Of a stretch of DNA of 64,000 nt, positions 7,982 through 17,775 are shown piece by piece; the first letter of the stretch is position 1, and each line of letters opens with the position of its first letter. Both the position numbers and the translations under genes were made by a program. The stretch is taken from the IMG/VR virus record IMGVR_UViG_3300045988_123906; one strand, written 5' to 3'. This stretch comes from a virus. The notes beneath the pieces are model-generated. The model was not told the DNA's origin and made no database searches. It was given only the letters and a program-made list of their open reading frames with translations.

Positions 7982-8365
7982 ATGGAAAAGAATCTGTTTG
8001 AAATCGCAACTCGTAATCGCTATCGCTTTAACTACAAGGGCGTTATGACCGTAGAGGATCTGTGGAGTCTGCGGGTCGAGGATCTGGATGCCATCTTCAA
8101 GATGCTGAACCGTCAGAAGAAGACCGCCGATGAGGATTCTCTGCTGGCCACCAAGAGCGCCGAGGATCAGGATCTGGCCAATAAGATCGATATCGTCAGG
8201 TATATCGTGTCTGTCAAGCTGGCTGAGGCAGCGGAGCGTGTGTCTGCCGCAGAGAAGAAGGCACAGCGCGATAAGATCATGGAGATCGTGGCAAAGAAAA
8301 AGGATAAGGCGCTGGAAGACATGGGCATCGAGGATCTGATGAAGAAGCTGGAAGAGCTGAACTGA
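7982..8365 (+). CDS. hypothetical coiled-coil protein
   Basis: AAAGGAG RBS 8 nt before ATG 7982. Charged helical C-terminal half. Confidence 0.6.
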   Translation: MEKNLFEIATRNRYRFNYKGVMTVEDLWSLRVEDLDAIFKMLNRQKKTADEDSLLATKSAEDQDLANKIDIVRYIVSVKLAEAAERVSAAEKKAQRDKIMEIVAKKKDKALEDMGIEDLMKKLEELN

Positions 8366-8382
8366 GAAGGGGAGTATCAAAA

Positions 8383-9486
8383 ATGAAAGTTGTTGAAAGC
8401 GCAAGCAATCTGTTCCTGTATGGCGACGATATGAAGGCGTATGACAAGATCCCGGCGGGTACCTATGATATCCACTGTTCTGAGATGACCGGTTTCTATC
8501 TGTCCCGCCGCCCTGATATGGTCATCAACGAAAAGGTGTATGGTGTCCAGAGCAGCAAGGTTGCCAAAGTGCTGAATTCGTTCAAAGTGTTCAACCGCAA
8601 CCTGGGTGTCATCCTCAGCGGCAACAAAGGCATCGGCAAATCTCTGATCGCTAAGATGATTGCAATCGAGGCCGTCAAGCAGGGCTATCCTGTCATTCTG
8701 GCTAACCGCTATATCGGCGGTATCGCCAATTTCATTGAATCCATCGATCAGGAAGTTATGATCCTGTTTGACGAGTTTGATAAAACCTTCAAGTCCCGGG
8801 ATAATGAAAATCCGCAGGATACGATGCTGAGTCTGTTCGATGGCACCAGCGCGGGCAAAAAGCTCTTCGTTGTCACCTGTAACCAGCTCAATGGTCTGAA
8901 CGATTATCTGGTCAACCGTCCCGGCCGCTTCCACTATCACTTCCGCTTCGATTACCCGGGCGCTGATGAGGTCGAAACCTACCTCAAGGATAAGCTCGAA
9001 GAGAAGTATTACGATCAGATCCCAGCTGTGGTCGATTTTTCTGGCAAGATCGATCTGAACTATGACTGCCTGCGGTCTATCGCCTTTGAATTGAATCTGG
9101 GCACTCCATTCGCAGAGGCCATCAAGGATCTGAATATCATCAATATGAACGAGACCAGCTACAAGCTCACTGTTATCTTCAAGGATGGTTACCGTGCGTC
9201 CAGCACCAAGCGTTTTGATATGTTCAATGGTGCACAGCGTATCTGTTTTGATGTCAAGCTGAAAGATGGCTACTGGCCTGATTTCTATATCAATACTGAG
9301 GATATCCAGTATAACCCCGCCAACGGTGAGCAGTTCATTGATGGAAAGAAGATTGATGTGGATAATCCGTATTCCAAGAGTGATGACGATGAAAAGGATC
9401 GTTATGAAGCTTTTGAAAAGGACAACGGTGTGGTCAAAGTCATCATCTCTCGTACTCGTGAAAGAGACATTCACTACATGGTCTAA
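8383..9486 (+). CDS. classical AAA+ ATPase with an unknown C-terminal domain
   Basis: Walker A GNKGIGKS, Walker B MILFDEFD, and NRPGRFHYHF (the RPGRFD-type second region of homology). Confidence 0.8.
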   Translation: MKVVESASNLFLYGDDMKAYDKIPAGTYDIHCSEMTGFYLSRRPDMVINEKVYGVQSSKVAKVLNSFKVFNRNLGVILSGNKGIGKSLIAKMIAIEAVKQGYPVILANRYIGGIANFIESIDQEVMILFDEFDKTFKSRDNENPQDTMLSLFDGTSAGKKLFVVTCNQLNGLNDYLVNRPGRFHYHFRFDYPGADEVETYLKDKLEEKYYDQIPAVVDFSGKIDLNYDCLRSIAFELNLGTPFAEAIKDLNIINMNETSYKLTVIFKDGYRASSTKRFDMFNGAQRICFDVKLKDGYWPDFYINTEDIQYNPANGEQFIDGKKIDVDNPYSKSDDDEKDRYEAFEKDNGVVKVIISRTRERDIHYMV

Positions 9487-9497
9487 GGAGGCTCAAT

Positions 9498-10325
9498 ATG
9501 GTTAAAGCAAATCATTATAAAATCAGTTCTTTTCCTGACGGTACTCCGCTGATCAAGAAGGATCTGACCATCAATTATCTCAACGTGATCAGTATCGTCT
9601 GGACGTTTGAATCTATGGCCGAGCTTCCAACGGTCATTATGATCGCAAAGGATGCAAAGGATAACGGTGCAGAAGTTGAGCTGTTCATGCCGTATATCCC
9701 GAACGCTCGTATGGATCGCGCCTATCACGACGAAGATGTGTTCACCCTCAAGTGGTTCGCTGACGAGATCAATCGGTGCGGATTCAGCTGCGTTACCGTG
9801 TTTGACCCTCACAGTGATGTGGCCCCGGCATTGATCAATCGGTGCGAAGTACATACTCCGATTCGTGAAATCTGTCAGGTAATCGAGGAGAGCAAGCCAG
9901 ATGTGATCTATTTTCCGGATACCGGCGCAATGAAACGATATGAAGGGACTGTTCACTGGGCACTGGATCGAGCAAAGTGCAGTGCCTATATCATCCATGG
10001 CGATAAAAAGCGGGACTGGGCAACGGGCAAAATTCTCGGTTTGGATGTTGTTGGTGAAGTGAAGCCTGGTGAAAAGGTTTTGATGATCGATGATATCTGT
10101 TCTTACGGTGGCACTATGTTCTATTCGGCCAAGAAGCTGAAGGAACTGGGTGCTGGTGATATCGATATGTATGTCAGCCACTGCGAAAACAGCATTCTGG
10201 ATTCTGAGCGTGGCCATCTGTTTGATGATCCAGAACTGATTCACAAGGTTTATACCACAGACAGTATCTTCACCGGCCATCACGACAAGATCACTGTTTT
10301 AGAGCGTCATTGGGGCGAGGACTGA
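9498..10325 (+). CDS. ribose-phosphate pyrophosphokinase (Prs) homolog; candidate ADPR-pyrophosphate synthetase (Adps) of NARP1
   Basis: Prs motifs FPDGT, YIPNARMDR, DPHS, and the PRPP-binding loop VLMIDDICSYGGT. Adjacent to a NAMPT-family gene. Confidence 0.75.
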   Translation: MVKANHYKISSFPDGTPLIKKDLTINYLNVISIVWTFESMAELPTVIMIAKDAKDNGAEVELFMPYIPNARMDRAYHDEDVFTLKWFADEINRCGFSCVTVFDPHSDVAPALINRCEVHTPIREICQVIEESKPDVIYFPDTGAMKRYEGTVHWALDRAKCSAYIIHGDKKRDWATGKILGLDVVGEVKPGEKVLMIDDICSYGGTMFYSAKKLKELGAGDIDMYVSHCENSILDSERGHLFDDPELIHKVYTTDSIFTGHHDKITVLERHWGED

Positions 10326-10326
10326 T

Positions 10327-10584
10327 ATGAAGTATGCAAAAGGTGAAATCCTTAGTGCATATCAGCGCTTAACGAAAAGTATCAAATATGGAGATGCATA
10401 CTGGTCTGAAAAAGCAATGATAAGTGATGTTCTGAGTGATTACTTCAATCGGATCGAGAGCAAGAAAGTTGTAATCGATCCAAAATATGAAAGCTATAGA
10501 TGTCCAAAGTGCAATACAACGTTAATTGGTCAATATGATCACTATTGCGGACAATGTGGTCAGAAATTGGACTGGAGGATTTGA
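10327..10584 (+). CDS. small zinc-ribbon protein
   Basis: CPKCNTTL...YCGQCGQKL (CxxC..CxxC). Confidence 0.55.
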   Translation: MKYAKGEILSAYQRLTKSIKYGDAYWSEKAMISDVLSDYFNRIESKKVVIDPKYESYRCPKCNTTLIGQYDHYCGQCGQKLDWRI

Positions 10585-10585
10585 A

Positions 10586-12064
10586 ATGATCAATATCAAC
10601 CCGATGCTGCTGTGCGATTTCTACAAGACGACTCACAGTAAGCAGTTTCCGGCCGGCACTACCAAGCTGGTCAGTTATTTTACTCCACGCATGAGCCGAC
10701 TGGATGGCGTGGATGAAGTCGTTGTGTTCGGCATTCAGGCGTTCTGCAAGGATTATCTGGTACGATATTTCAACGACAATTTCTTCGACGAACCAAAGTG
10801 TATTGTAGTTCCTCAGTACAAGCGTGTCCTGGATGCGACCATTGGTAAGGATGCTTACGATCTAAGCAAGATTGCAGCGCTACATGATCTGGGATATCTT
10901 CCTGTTGAAATCAAGGCACTGCCAGAAGGTACTCGTTGCCCAATCCATGTGCCGTTTCTGGAGATGAGCAATACGCATCCTGATTTCGCATGGGTTCCGC
11001 AGTTCCTCGAATCTTTTATGAGTTCTGAGCTGTGGCATCCAATGATTTCTGCAACGGTCGGAACTCTGTATCGCGATATTGTGGACAAGTATTACGATGA
11101 AACCGTTGAGGATGGCGTGCCTCATGCTCGTGCTTTGGGTGATTTCAGTTTCCGTGGTCAGGAGTGTATGCAGTCGGCAGTTAAGTCAAGCGCCGGTTGG
11201 TGTCTGAGTTTTCTGAATACGGCTACTGTCCCTGCGATTCCGTATCTGGAAGAAATGTATCGCTGCAATTGCGAAGAAGAGCCCGTTGCGTTTGGCGCTG
11301 TCAGTACCGAGCATAGTGTGATGTGTTCTAACTTCGCTGTCGATGGCGACGAGATCACTTTCATCCGCCGGGCGCTGACGGAGCTGTATCCCAATATGAG
11401 CTTCAGTATGGTGTCTGATTCCTACGACTACTGGAATCTGGTCGATAATATCCTGCCGCAGCTCAAGGATGAAATCATGGCTCATAATGGTACGCTGCTG
11501 ATCCGTGGCGACTCTGGCGAACCGGTCGAAATCGTCACGCAGACGGTCTATCATCTGTGGGATATCTTCGGCGGCACAGTCAACAGTAAGGGCTACAAGG
11601 TGCTCGATCCTCATGTGAAGGCTCTGTACGGCGATTCCATCACTGTGCAGCGCTGCGAAAAGATTTATGCCGAACTCAAAGCACACGGTTTCGCCTGCAA
11701 CAATGTCAGCCTGGGTGTTGGCTCTTTCTCTATGCAGTGCATCGAGCAGAATGGCCAGTTGAAGCCGTTCACTCGCGATACGTTCGGCATGGCAGTCAAG
11801 GCAACTTATGGCGTGGTCAACGGCAAAGAGATTCAGATCTTCAAGGACCCCAAGACCGACACCGATCATTTTAAGAAGAGTCTGAAGGGTATGTGTTATG
11901 TCACTAAGGATGATTCTGGAAAGCTGGTTTGTACTGATGGTCTGATGGATCACGCTGCTCATTCGGATGGTAACCTGTTGCAAACCGTATTCCGTAATGG
12001 CGCGATGGTCAAGGAGTACAGTTTAAAGGAAGTTCGTGAGCGACTGTGGGGAGGGAAGTTCTAA
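10586..12064 (+). CDS. nicotinamide phosphoribosyltransferase (NAMPT/NadV) family; candidate Namat of NARP1
   Basis: GGAGGA RBS then ATG 10586. N-terminal NPMLLCDFYKTTH and overall length are typical of the NAMPT/NAPRTase family. Confidence 0.75.
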   Translation: MININPMLLCDFYKTTHSKQFPAGTTKLVSYFTPRMSRLDGVDEVVVFGIQAFCKDYLVRYFNDNFFDEPKCIVVPQYKRVLDATIGKDAYDLSKIAALHDLGYLPVEIKALPEGTRCPIHVPFLEMSNTHPDFAWVPQFLESFMSSELWHPMISATVGTLYRDIVDKYYDETVEDGVPHARALGDFSFRGQECMQSAVKSSAGWCLSFLNTATVPAIPYLEEMYRCNCEEEPVAFGAVSTEHSVMCSNFAVDGDEITFIRRALTELYPNMSFSMVSDSYDYWNLVDNILPQLKDEIMAHNGTLLIRGDSGEPVEIVTQTVYHLWDIFGGTVNSKGYKVLDPHVKALYGDSITVQRCEKIYAELKAHGFACNNVSLGVGSFSMQCIEQNGQLKPFTRDTFGMAVKATYGVVNGKEIQIFKDPKTDTDHFKKSLKGMCYVTKDDSGKLVCTDGLMDHAAHSDGNLLQTVFRNGAMVKEYSLKEVRERLWGGKF

Positions 12065-12537
12065 TGGCTGTTGTAATCAAAGAAGGTAATGTGTTTGATT
12101 CTGACGCTAAGATCATCTGTCATCAGGTGAATTGTCAGGGCGTTATGGGGTCTGGTGTTGCCAAAGAAGTTCGTGAGCGGTATCCAAAGGTGTACGAGAA
12201 ATATCACACTTACTGCGAAAGCAACAAGGATTGTCCTGAACGAATGCTGGGTGTCGCTCAGATGGTTCCAGTTGATGAAAAAGGTTCTCGATGGATCGTC
12301 AATTGCTTCGGTCAGAACAGTTATGGATATGACGGAAAGCAGTACACGTCTGTTGGCGCACTGTTTGAAGCATTCAAAGAAGTGGCCAAAATCGCCAAGG
12401 CATCAGGAGTTAAAGTAGCTATGCCGTATGGAATCGGCTGTGTTCGTGGCGGCGCAAAATGGCTGCTTGTGAAAGAAATTATCGATTTTACATTTAAAGA
12501 CGTTGACGTGGAACTGTGGAAACTGGAGGGTAAATAA
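12064..12537 (+). CDS. macro-domain protein (ADP-ribose binding/hydrolase)
   Basis: KIICHQVNCQGVMGSGVAKEV matches the macro-domain N..G.G(I/V)A core. TAATG overlap with the upstream stop. Confidence 0.75.
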   Translation: MAVVIKEGNVFDSDAKIICHQVNCQGVMGSGVAKEVRERYPKVYEKYHTYCESNKDCPERMLGVAQMVPVDEKGSRWIVNCFGQNSYGYDGKQYTSVGALFEAFKEVAKIAKASGVKVAMPYGIGCVRGGAKWLLVKEIIDFTFKDVDVELWKLEGK

Positions 12538-12538
12538 T

Positions 12539-13303
12539 ATGCGCAAGTATGAATTTGACGCAGCAAAAACCAAGGATGAAATCGTCGAGTGGATTCGGAA
12601 CTATTTCCGCAAGAATGGCCCCGACTGTAATGCGGTGATCGGTATCTCTGGTGGCAAGGATTCCAGTATCGTGGCTGCTCTGTGCTGTGAAGCGCTGGGC
12701 AATGGCCGTGTAATCGGTGTTTTGATGCCCCAGGGTGCTCAGAGTGATATCGATGTGGCACGGGAACTGGTCGCCCATCTGGGTATCAAGTCCTTCGAGA
12801 TCAATATTGCGGAAACTGTGAATGCGCTGCTGGCCAATGGACGGGCAGCTGGTCTGTGCGATTCCAAGCAGGCTCGTGTGAATCTGCCGGCACGAATTCG
12901 TATGGCGACTTTGTTCATGGTGAGTCAGAGTATGAATGGGCGAGTAGCTAACACTTGCAACGCTTCAGAAAATTTCGTCGGATGGCAAACTGTGGGAGGG
13001 GATGGATTTGGTCAGTTCAGTCCTCTCAGTAAGCTGACTGTCACTGAGGTAAAAGCCGTTGGTCGTGAGTTGGGTCTTCCTGAAAAGTTCATCGAGAAAG
13101 CGCCTGCAGATGGACTGACTGGCAAAACCGACGAGGATAATTTCGGCTTTACCTATGACTTCCTCGACAAGTACATTCGCACTGGTGATTTCGGCGGTGA
13201 CACTGCAACTGCAGCCAAGATCGATCGAATGCACGATGCGAACGCATTCAAACTGTTGCCGATGCCTGTGTATAAATCTAATTTTTACAAGGTTGAGTGG
13301 TAA
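12539..13303 (+). CDS. nadE: NH3-dependent NAD+ synthetase
   Basis: PP-loop VIGISGGKDSS. Length and C-terminal features fit NadE. Confidence 0.8.
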   Translation: MRKYEFDAAKTKDEIVEWIRNYFRKNGPDCNAVIGISGGKDSSIVAALCCEALGNGRVIGVLMPQGAQSDIDVARELVAHLGIKSFEINIAETVNALLANGRAAGLCDSKQARVNLPARIRMATLFMVSQSMNGRVANTCNASENFVGWQTVGGDGFGQFSPLSKLTVTEVKAVGRELGLPEKFIEKAPADGLTGKTDEDNFGFTYDFLDKYIRTGDFGGDTATAAKIDRMHDANAFKLLPMPVYKSNFYKVEW

Positions 13304-13315
13304 GGGAGAGTTTTT

Positions 13316-13882
13316 ATGGGAAAAGAAAAAGTTGATGTTCTGATCGTTGTCGATATGCAGAACGATTTTGTCACCGGTCCGCTGGGTACTCCTGAAGCGC
13401 AGGCCATTGTGCCGAAGGTTGTGGAGAAGATCAAGAACTGGAAGGGTGAAATTCTGTATACCAGAGATACTCACCATGAAAACTATCTCGAAACGCAGGA
13501 AGGCAAGCATCTTCCAGTGAAGCATTGTTTGTTCGGGACAAGTGGCTGGCAGCTTGTGAATGAAGTTGATGAAACGATTTCTGACGAGCAATGGTGTGAA
13601 GATAACCCGATTTATGATAAACACACTTTTGGATCGGCTGGGCTGGCGGATGATCTTGTATTTTTCAACAACAAAGAAAACTGCGAAATCACTTCCATCA
13701 CGTTGGTCGGCCTCTGCACTGATATCTGCGTTATCTCGAATGCGCTTCTGCTCAAGGCCGCACTTCCCGAAGTCCCTATCATTGTGGATGCAAGTTGCTG
13801 TGCCGGTGTGACTCCTGAGTCCCACAAGAATGCACTGGCAGCTATGAAGATGTGCCAGATTGAGATCGTGAACGAGGAATAA
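13316..13882 (+). CDS. pncA: nicotinamidase / isochorismatase-family hydrolase
   Basis: VVDMQNDF and LVGLCTDICV (catalytic Cys), typical of PncA-like cysteine hydrolases. Confidence 0.75.
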   Translation: MGKEKVDVLIVVDMQNDFVTGPLGTPEAQAIVPKVVEKIKNWKGEILYTRDTHHENYLETQEGKHLPVKHCLFGTSGWQLVNEVDETISDEQWCEDNPIYDKHTFGSAGLADDLVFFNNKENCEITSITLVGLCTDICVISNALLLKAALPEVPIIVDASCCAGVTPESHKNALAAMKMCQIEIVNEE

Positions 13883-13883
13883 A

Positions 13884-14072
13884 ATGCACTACGTTAATAG
13901 CGATATTATTTTGGACGCAGACGAAGCAAGACGGTTTCAGTATCTTCTAAGGCATCCAAACGTAGAGGAAATACAAAGGAAGTTAAAGGCTTGTAACGAT
14001 GCTCTCGCTGAAATGAATTATCGAGAGAACGAAGACGGGACCGCTTCTTTTGATATTGATCTTGAGGTGTAA
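13884..14072 (+). CDS. hypothetical small protein
   Basis: 62-aa ORF tightly packed in a same-strand operon. Confidence 0.4.
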   Translation: MHYVNSDIILDADEARRFQYLLRHPNVEEIQRKLKACNDALAEMNYRENEDGTASFDIDLEV

Positions 14073-14075
14073 ATC

Positions 14076-14231
14076 ATGCGCTGCCGAGTAGATGTGAAAG
14101 TCGAAGGATACATTCTGGTTGAAGCAAACGATCCTTTTGAAGCTCATAAAATCGCAGACATGCACCAAGAAGATATCGTTTGGGACAACTGGATGACATC
14201 CACAAGCTGTAAAAAGATTCAAGGAGCTTAA
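14076..14231 (+). CDS. hypothetical small protein
   Basis: 51-aa ORF (MRCRVDVKVEGYILVEAND...) starting 4 nt after the upstream stop. Confidence 0.35.
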   Translation: MRCRVDVKVEGYILVEANDPFEAHKIADMHQEDIVWDNWMTSTSCKKIQGA

Positions 14232-14335
14232 TATGGAAGAGATTATTATTTTCGCTTAAAGTCTGAATGCCAGGTGATTGGCGGTACTGGGGCAGACATA
14301 ACCGCCGCCAGAATAATTTGCAAAGGAGAATGGAT

Positions 14336-14896
14336 ATGAACGAAGAAATCAAAAAGAAACAGGACGAGCTCAAGGGCGAGATCTATGAAGACTTGAAGAA
14401 ATATCTGCCGTGGGGTGATTATCTCAAACTCACACAATGGCTGAACGAACATGAGTTTTGGTTGGCTCCTGCGTCTACAAAATATCATGGCTCTCATCCA
14501 TGTGGTTTGGCCGAGCATAGCATTGCCGTTGTAAAGGCTCTTGTTTTGTTGACAGATAAATTAGGACTGAAATGGGAAAATCCACGCTCTCCGTATCTAA
14601 TTGGGCTGCTGCATGACGTTTGCAAAACAGATCAGTATCTTTTTATTCCGGATAAAGGAACATATGAGTATCTGAATGACTCTATTTTCAGTCATCACGG
14701 TGAGAAGTCGATCTGTATGCTGGCAAGCATCATCACTCTGACTGAGGAAGAAGTCGCGTGTATCCGCTGGCACATGGGCGCATATGAAACCGACACCAAT
14801 GAGTGGAAGTATTACGGCAATGCCATTGCAAAGTACCCCAATGTACTGTGGACGCACACTGCCGATATGATGGCCAGCCATATTGATGGTGTATAA
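14336..14896 (+). CDS. HD-domain phosphohydrolase
   Basis: H...HD metal site: GLAEHSIAV and IGLLHDVCK. AAAGGAG RBS 7 nt before ATG 14336. Confidence 0.7.
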   Translation: MNEEIKKKQDELKGEIYEDLKKYLPWGDYLKLTQWLNEHEFWLAPASTKYHGSHPCGLAEHSIAVVKALVLLTDKLGLKWENPRSPYLIGLLHDVCKTDQYLFIPDKGTYEYLNDSIFSHHGEKSICMLASIITLTEEEVACIRWHMGAYETDTNEWKYYGNAIAKYPNVLWTHTADMMASHIDGV

Positions 14897-14908
14897 GGAG
14901 GAATTACA

Positions 14909-15187
14909 ATGTCGCCCTGTTTGATGTGCGCCGAAAAGAACTGTCACAACTGTCCATGTGCAATCTGTGAGGTCGTCAATGGCAAGCTGCAGGATAATTT
15001 TGTAATGCAGACAGCAATGAAGAATAAAGCGGACTGCAAGAAATTCATGGTGCGTCTTTCAGTAGAGCTTCAGCAAATCGGCCAGATGAAATCCAGGAGC
15101 TGGACGGATAAAAACAACTGGCGCGGGTTCCCGGCGGGCTGGTTCAAGCATGATGATCTGGTTTCGTGGTTGCTCTGTCATTGTTAA
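14909..15187 (+). CDS. Cys-rich hypothetical protein
   Basis: CLMCAEKNCHNCPCAIC cluster. GGAGGA RBS. Confidence 0.5.
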   Translation: MSPCLMCAEKNCHNCPCAICEVVNGKLQDNFVMQTAMKNKADCKKFMVRLSVELQQIGQMKSRSWTDKNNWRGFPAGWFKHDDLVSWLLCHC

Positions 15188-15201
15188 AAGGAGATGGCAA
15201 G

Positions 15202-15372
15202 ATGGGATACACAGTATATATTACAGCAAATCGCTATTACGAAGTACATATCAAGGATGCAAAAGATACAGACGATGCAATGCAGCAGGCTTTGGAAAAG
15301 TATGATAACGGAGAGCTCGAAAGCTATGAGGACGAGTTTGAATCAGCGTTCGCGGAATCGGAGGATGATTGA
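15202..15372 (+). CDS. small acidic hypothetical protein
   Basis: AAAGGAG RBS 8 nt before ATG 15202. 56 aa, Asp/Glu-rich C-terminus. Confidence 0.45.
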   Translation: MGYTVYITANRYYEVHIKDAKDTDDAMQQALEKYDNGELESYEDEFESAFAESEDD

Positions 15373-15687
15373 TTGGCAAGCAAGTGGCAAACCTGTCGGC
15401 TATCAGAAACTCAGGATCGTCGGGTGAAGTTGACCAAGGCCAAAAAGGAAGAAATCGCCCGTAAGTTTGAAACCGGTGAATACTCACTCCGGGGTCTAGC
15501 GCGGGAGTATAACGTCTCGCACAAAACGATTTCGCTCATTGTCGATCAGCGGGCAAAACGAAAGAACGATGAATACAACAGAACACACTGGATGTATTAT
15601 CGTCCGGATGTAGAAACAATGCGGGAAGCGCACCGAAGATCAAAAGAATATAAAAAGCGACTGTACGAAAGAGGAGAGTTGAAATAA
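15373..15687 (+). CDS. helix-turn-helix DNA-binding protein
   Basis: EYSLRGLAREYNVSHKTISLIV is a typical HTH. Start (TTG 15373) uncertain. Confidence 0.5.
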   Translation: MASKWQTCRLSETQDRRVKLTKAKKEEIARKFETGEYSLRGLAREYNVSHKTISLIVDQRAKRKNDEYNRTHWMYYRPDVETMREAHRRSKEYKKRLYERGELK

Positions 15688-16265
15688 TGGGACAGCGGTT
15701 GGTGATTACGGTCCATGCGTTTGACGAGGATATCGCCACGATCTATTATCACTGGTCTGCATATACAACCAGCGCACTGGACGAAGCTCAGAAGATCCTT
15801 AAAAATGTCAAATGGGAAGATACCACGTCAAAGGATGAATTGATCCTGCGTATCGTTCGCTTCATGGAATCCAATGGAGGCTGTATCGATTTTGAGGATA
15901 AGCCGGAGTTCAATAAGCGTTTCCCGAATGTTGAGTTTAAGGACGATGGCTCCCGCAACGATGGTCTTGTTGCAATCTCTGAGCAGGTAATGGACAAGCA
16001 AAAATACTGGTCTGAGGGCGATTTGACCATTGATTTTGATAACGAAATGATTTGTAACTCGGTTTTCTGGTGGTATGATTCGGACGACTCTCTTCGAGAT
16101 GAACTTGGCGAGGATTGCGATATTGATTTTGACACTATTCCAGAGCTCGAGATCGATCCTGGCGAATTCTCGTTCGATGATCTTACATATATGATTAAGA
16201 CGTTTACAGATGGCTATAGTTATCATCGCTATCATGGGGAAATCTGGGAAAGTATTGATGGTTGA
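15687..16265 (+). CDS. hypothetical protein
   Basis: 192-aa ORF, ATGA-type coupling with the upstream gene. Confidence 0.55.
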   Translation: MGQRLVITVHAFDEDIATIYYHWSAYTTSALDEAQKILKNVKWEDTTSKDELILRIVRFMESNGGCIDFEDKPEFNKRFPNVEFKDDGSRNDGLVAISEQVMDKQKYWSEGDLTIDFDNEMICNSVFWWYDSDDSLRDELGEDCDIDFDTIPELEIDPGEFSFDDLTYMIKTFTDGYSYHRYHGEIWESIDG

Positions 16266-16277
16266 GTGAGGTGAGTT

Positions 16278-16793
16278 ATGATTACAATGTATCGCGGTAA
16301 ATGGAAGTTTTCTGTGATGAGCGCCGACGAAGCAGAAGACTTTATTCGGCAGCCACATTCTGAACGAATCCGATTTATCTCTATCACTGAAGCTAATGGC
16401 TATCATATTGATTTTCAGAAATGCGAAGGAAACATCACGTTCTTGCCACTGAAGTTTGATGATTGCACCACTGATCTGGAGGGTACATGTATTACGGGTG
16501 TTCAAGCTAGGAATATTGTGAAATTTGTCTTGGATAACCACGAAGCAGATAAGACCGATTGGTTCTGTGTGAATTGCGCTGCTGGCGTATCGAGATCTGC
16601 CGCTGTGTGCGCTGCTATCATGAGGATTCTGTGTAATGACGATATGCCGGTATTCACCAACAGTCATTTTTGTCCGAATATGACAGTGTATCGTGAAGTG
16701 CTCAATGCTTGGATCGATAAATTGTCGGATGATGGCGAAAATACATCTCAAGAAATTTGGAATTCAACGAATCCGAATCTGATTGGAGAATAA
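16278..16793 (+). CDS. Cys-based (CX5R) phosphatase-like protein
   Basis: VNCAAGVSRSAAV matches the PTP/dual-specificity phosphatase P-loop C-x5-R-(S/T). Confidence 0.65.
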   Translation: MITMYRGKWKFSVMSADEAEDFIRQPHSERIRFISITEANGYHIDFQKCEGNITFLPLKFDDCTTDLEGTCITGVQARNIVKFVLDNHEADKTDWFCVNCAAGVSRSAAVCAAIMRILCNDDMPVFTNSHFCPNMTVYREVLNAWIDKLSDDGENTSQEIWNSTNPNLIGE

Positions 16794-16795
16794 AT

Positions 16796-17641
16796 ATGAC
16801 ACACGAATGGGTTGAACAAGAAAAGAAACGGCTGGCTGAGAAGTTTAATAACTATCCACAGCGACTTCTCGATGAATGGTATGCAATCCCTGAAGAGTAT
16901 CGGGATGTTCGCTTAAAGAAATATAATCTCTGGCCAGAAATCGCTAACATTGAAGCATCTATCAGAGAGGGAAGTCCTGTAAAACCAGTTGTTATCCACC
17001 TGCTTTTCACATATACAGATGAAGATTTCCTTGATTTTTACTTCAAAGATCGCGAGGAGTTTATTCCTGCTGCGGCAAAGTATTACGCTCATTTTCATAA
17101 AAATCTAGGGCAATATTATGAGTATCTGGAGTACGGCACAGTGTCGGTTGAAGAGGTCGAAGACAAAGTTATGGAGTTCAACGGCGATATTATCATTACA
17201 GATCCGTGTTATCTGTCTGTAAATATGACGAACGAAGAACGTCGCAACTTTGATTGTACTTGTATGATCAATTATGGAATTATCGGTATTGAATCTGATA
17301 CCTATTATGGCGATTGGGATTGCTCAACGTTTGACCGGCTTTCTTTTGACGAAAACGATTGCCCGAAACTAATCGGCAAATTTTGCGCAGATAGTGGCAT
17401 GGTCTGTGTGGCGGATTTGCGGTCGGTCTTAAGGTTTAATCCGAAGTATGATTATCACATCAAGAAGGATTGGACTGCTACGTTAATCAGAAATTTCAAA
17501 GGTACGGTTCGTATCAAGATTGACCTGGCCAATGGTGGCAATGAAATCTATCCTGCTTATAACGCTAGTGTAATTGGCCATGGTGTCAATATTAAAACTG
17601 GGGAACCAATCGAATTTTATACGAGGCAAACGGGACTATGA
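16796..17641 (+). CDS. hypothetical protein
   Basis: 281-aa ORF. GGAGAA RBS 5 nt before ATG 16796. Confidence 0.55.
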   Translation: MTHEWVEQEKKRLAEKFNNYPQRLLDEWYAIPEEYRDVRLKKYNLWPEIANIEASIREGSPVKPVVIHLLFTYTDEDFLDFYFKDREEFIPAAAKYYAHFHKNLGQYYEYLEYGTVSVEEVEDKVMEFNGDIIITDPCYLSVNMTNEERRNFDCTCMINYGIIGIESDTYYGDWDCSTFDRLSFDENDCPKLIGKFCADSGMVCVADLRSVLRFNPKYDYHIKKDWTATLIRNFKGTVRIKIDLANGGNEIYPAYNASVIGHGVNIKTGEPIEFYTRQTGL

Positions 17642-17769
17642 TGGACTATATTTTGAGATTATTATCTCGATTTGTTGATTTTTATCTTGAGTGGGCATGG
17701 TTTATTCTCCCGTTATGGGCATTTTATTTTATTGCAGTGATGTTGATAATCTCTAGTGTAAAGAGGTGA
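17638..17769 (+). CDS. small hydrophobic (membrane) peptide
   Basis: 43 aa (MMDYILRLLSRFVDFYLEWAWFILPLWAFYFIAVMLIISS...). ATGATG overlaps the upstream TGA. Confidence 0.35.
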   Translation: MMDYILRLLSRFVDFYLEWAWFILPLWAFYFIAVMLIISSVKR

Positions 17770-17775
17770 TAAAAA

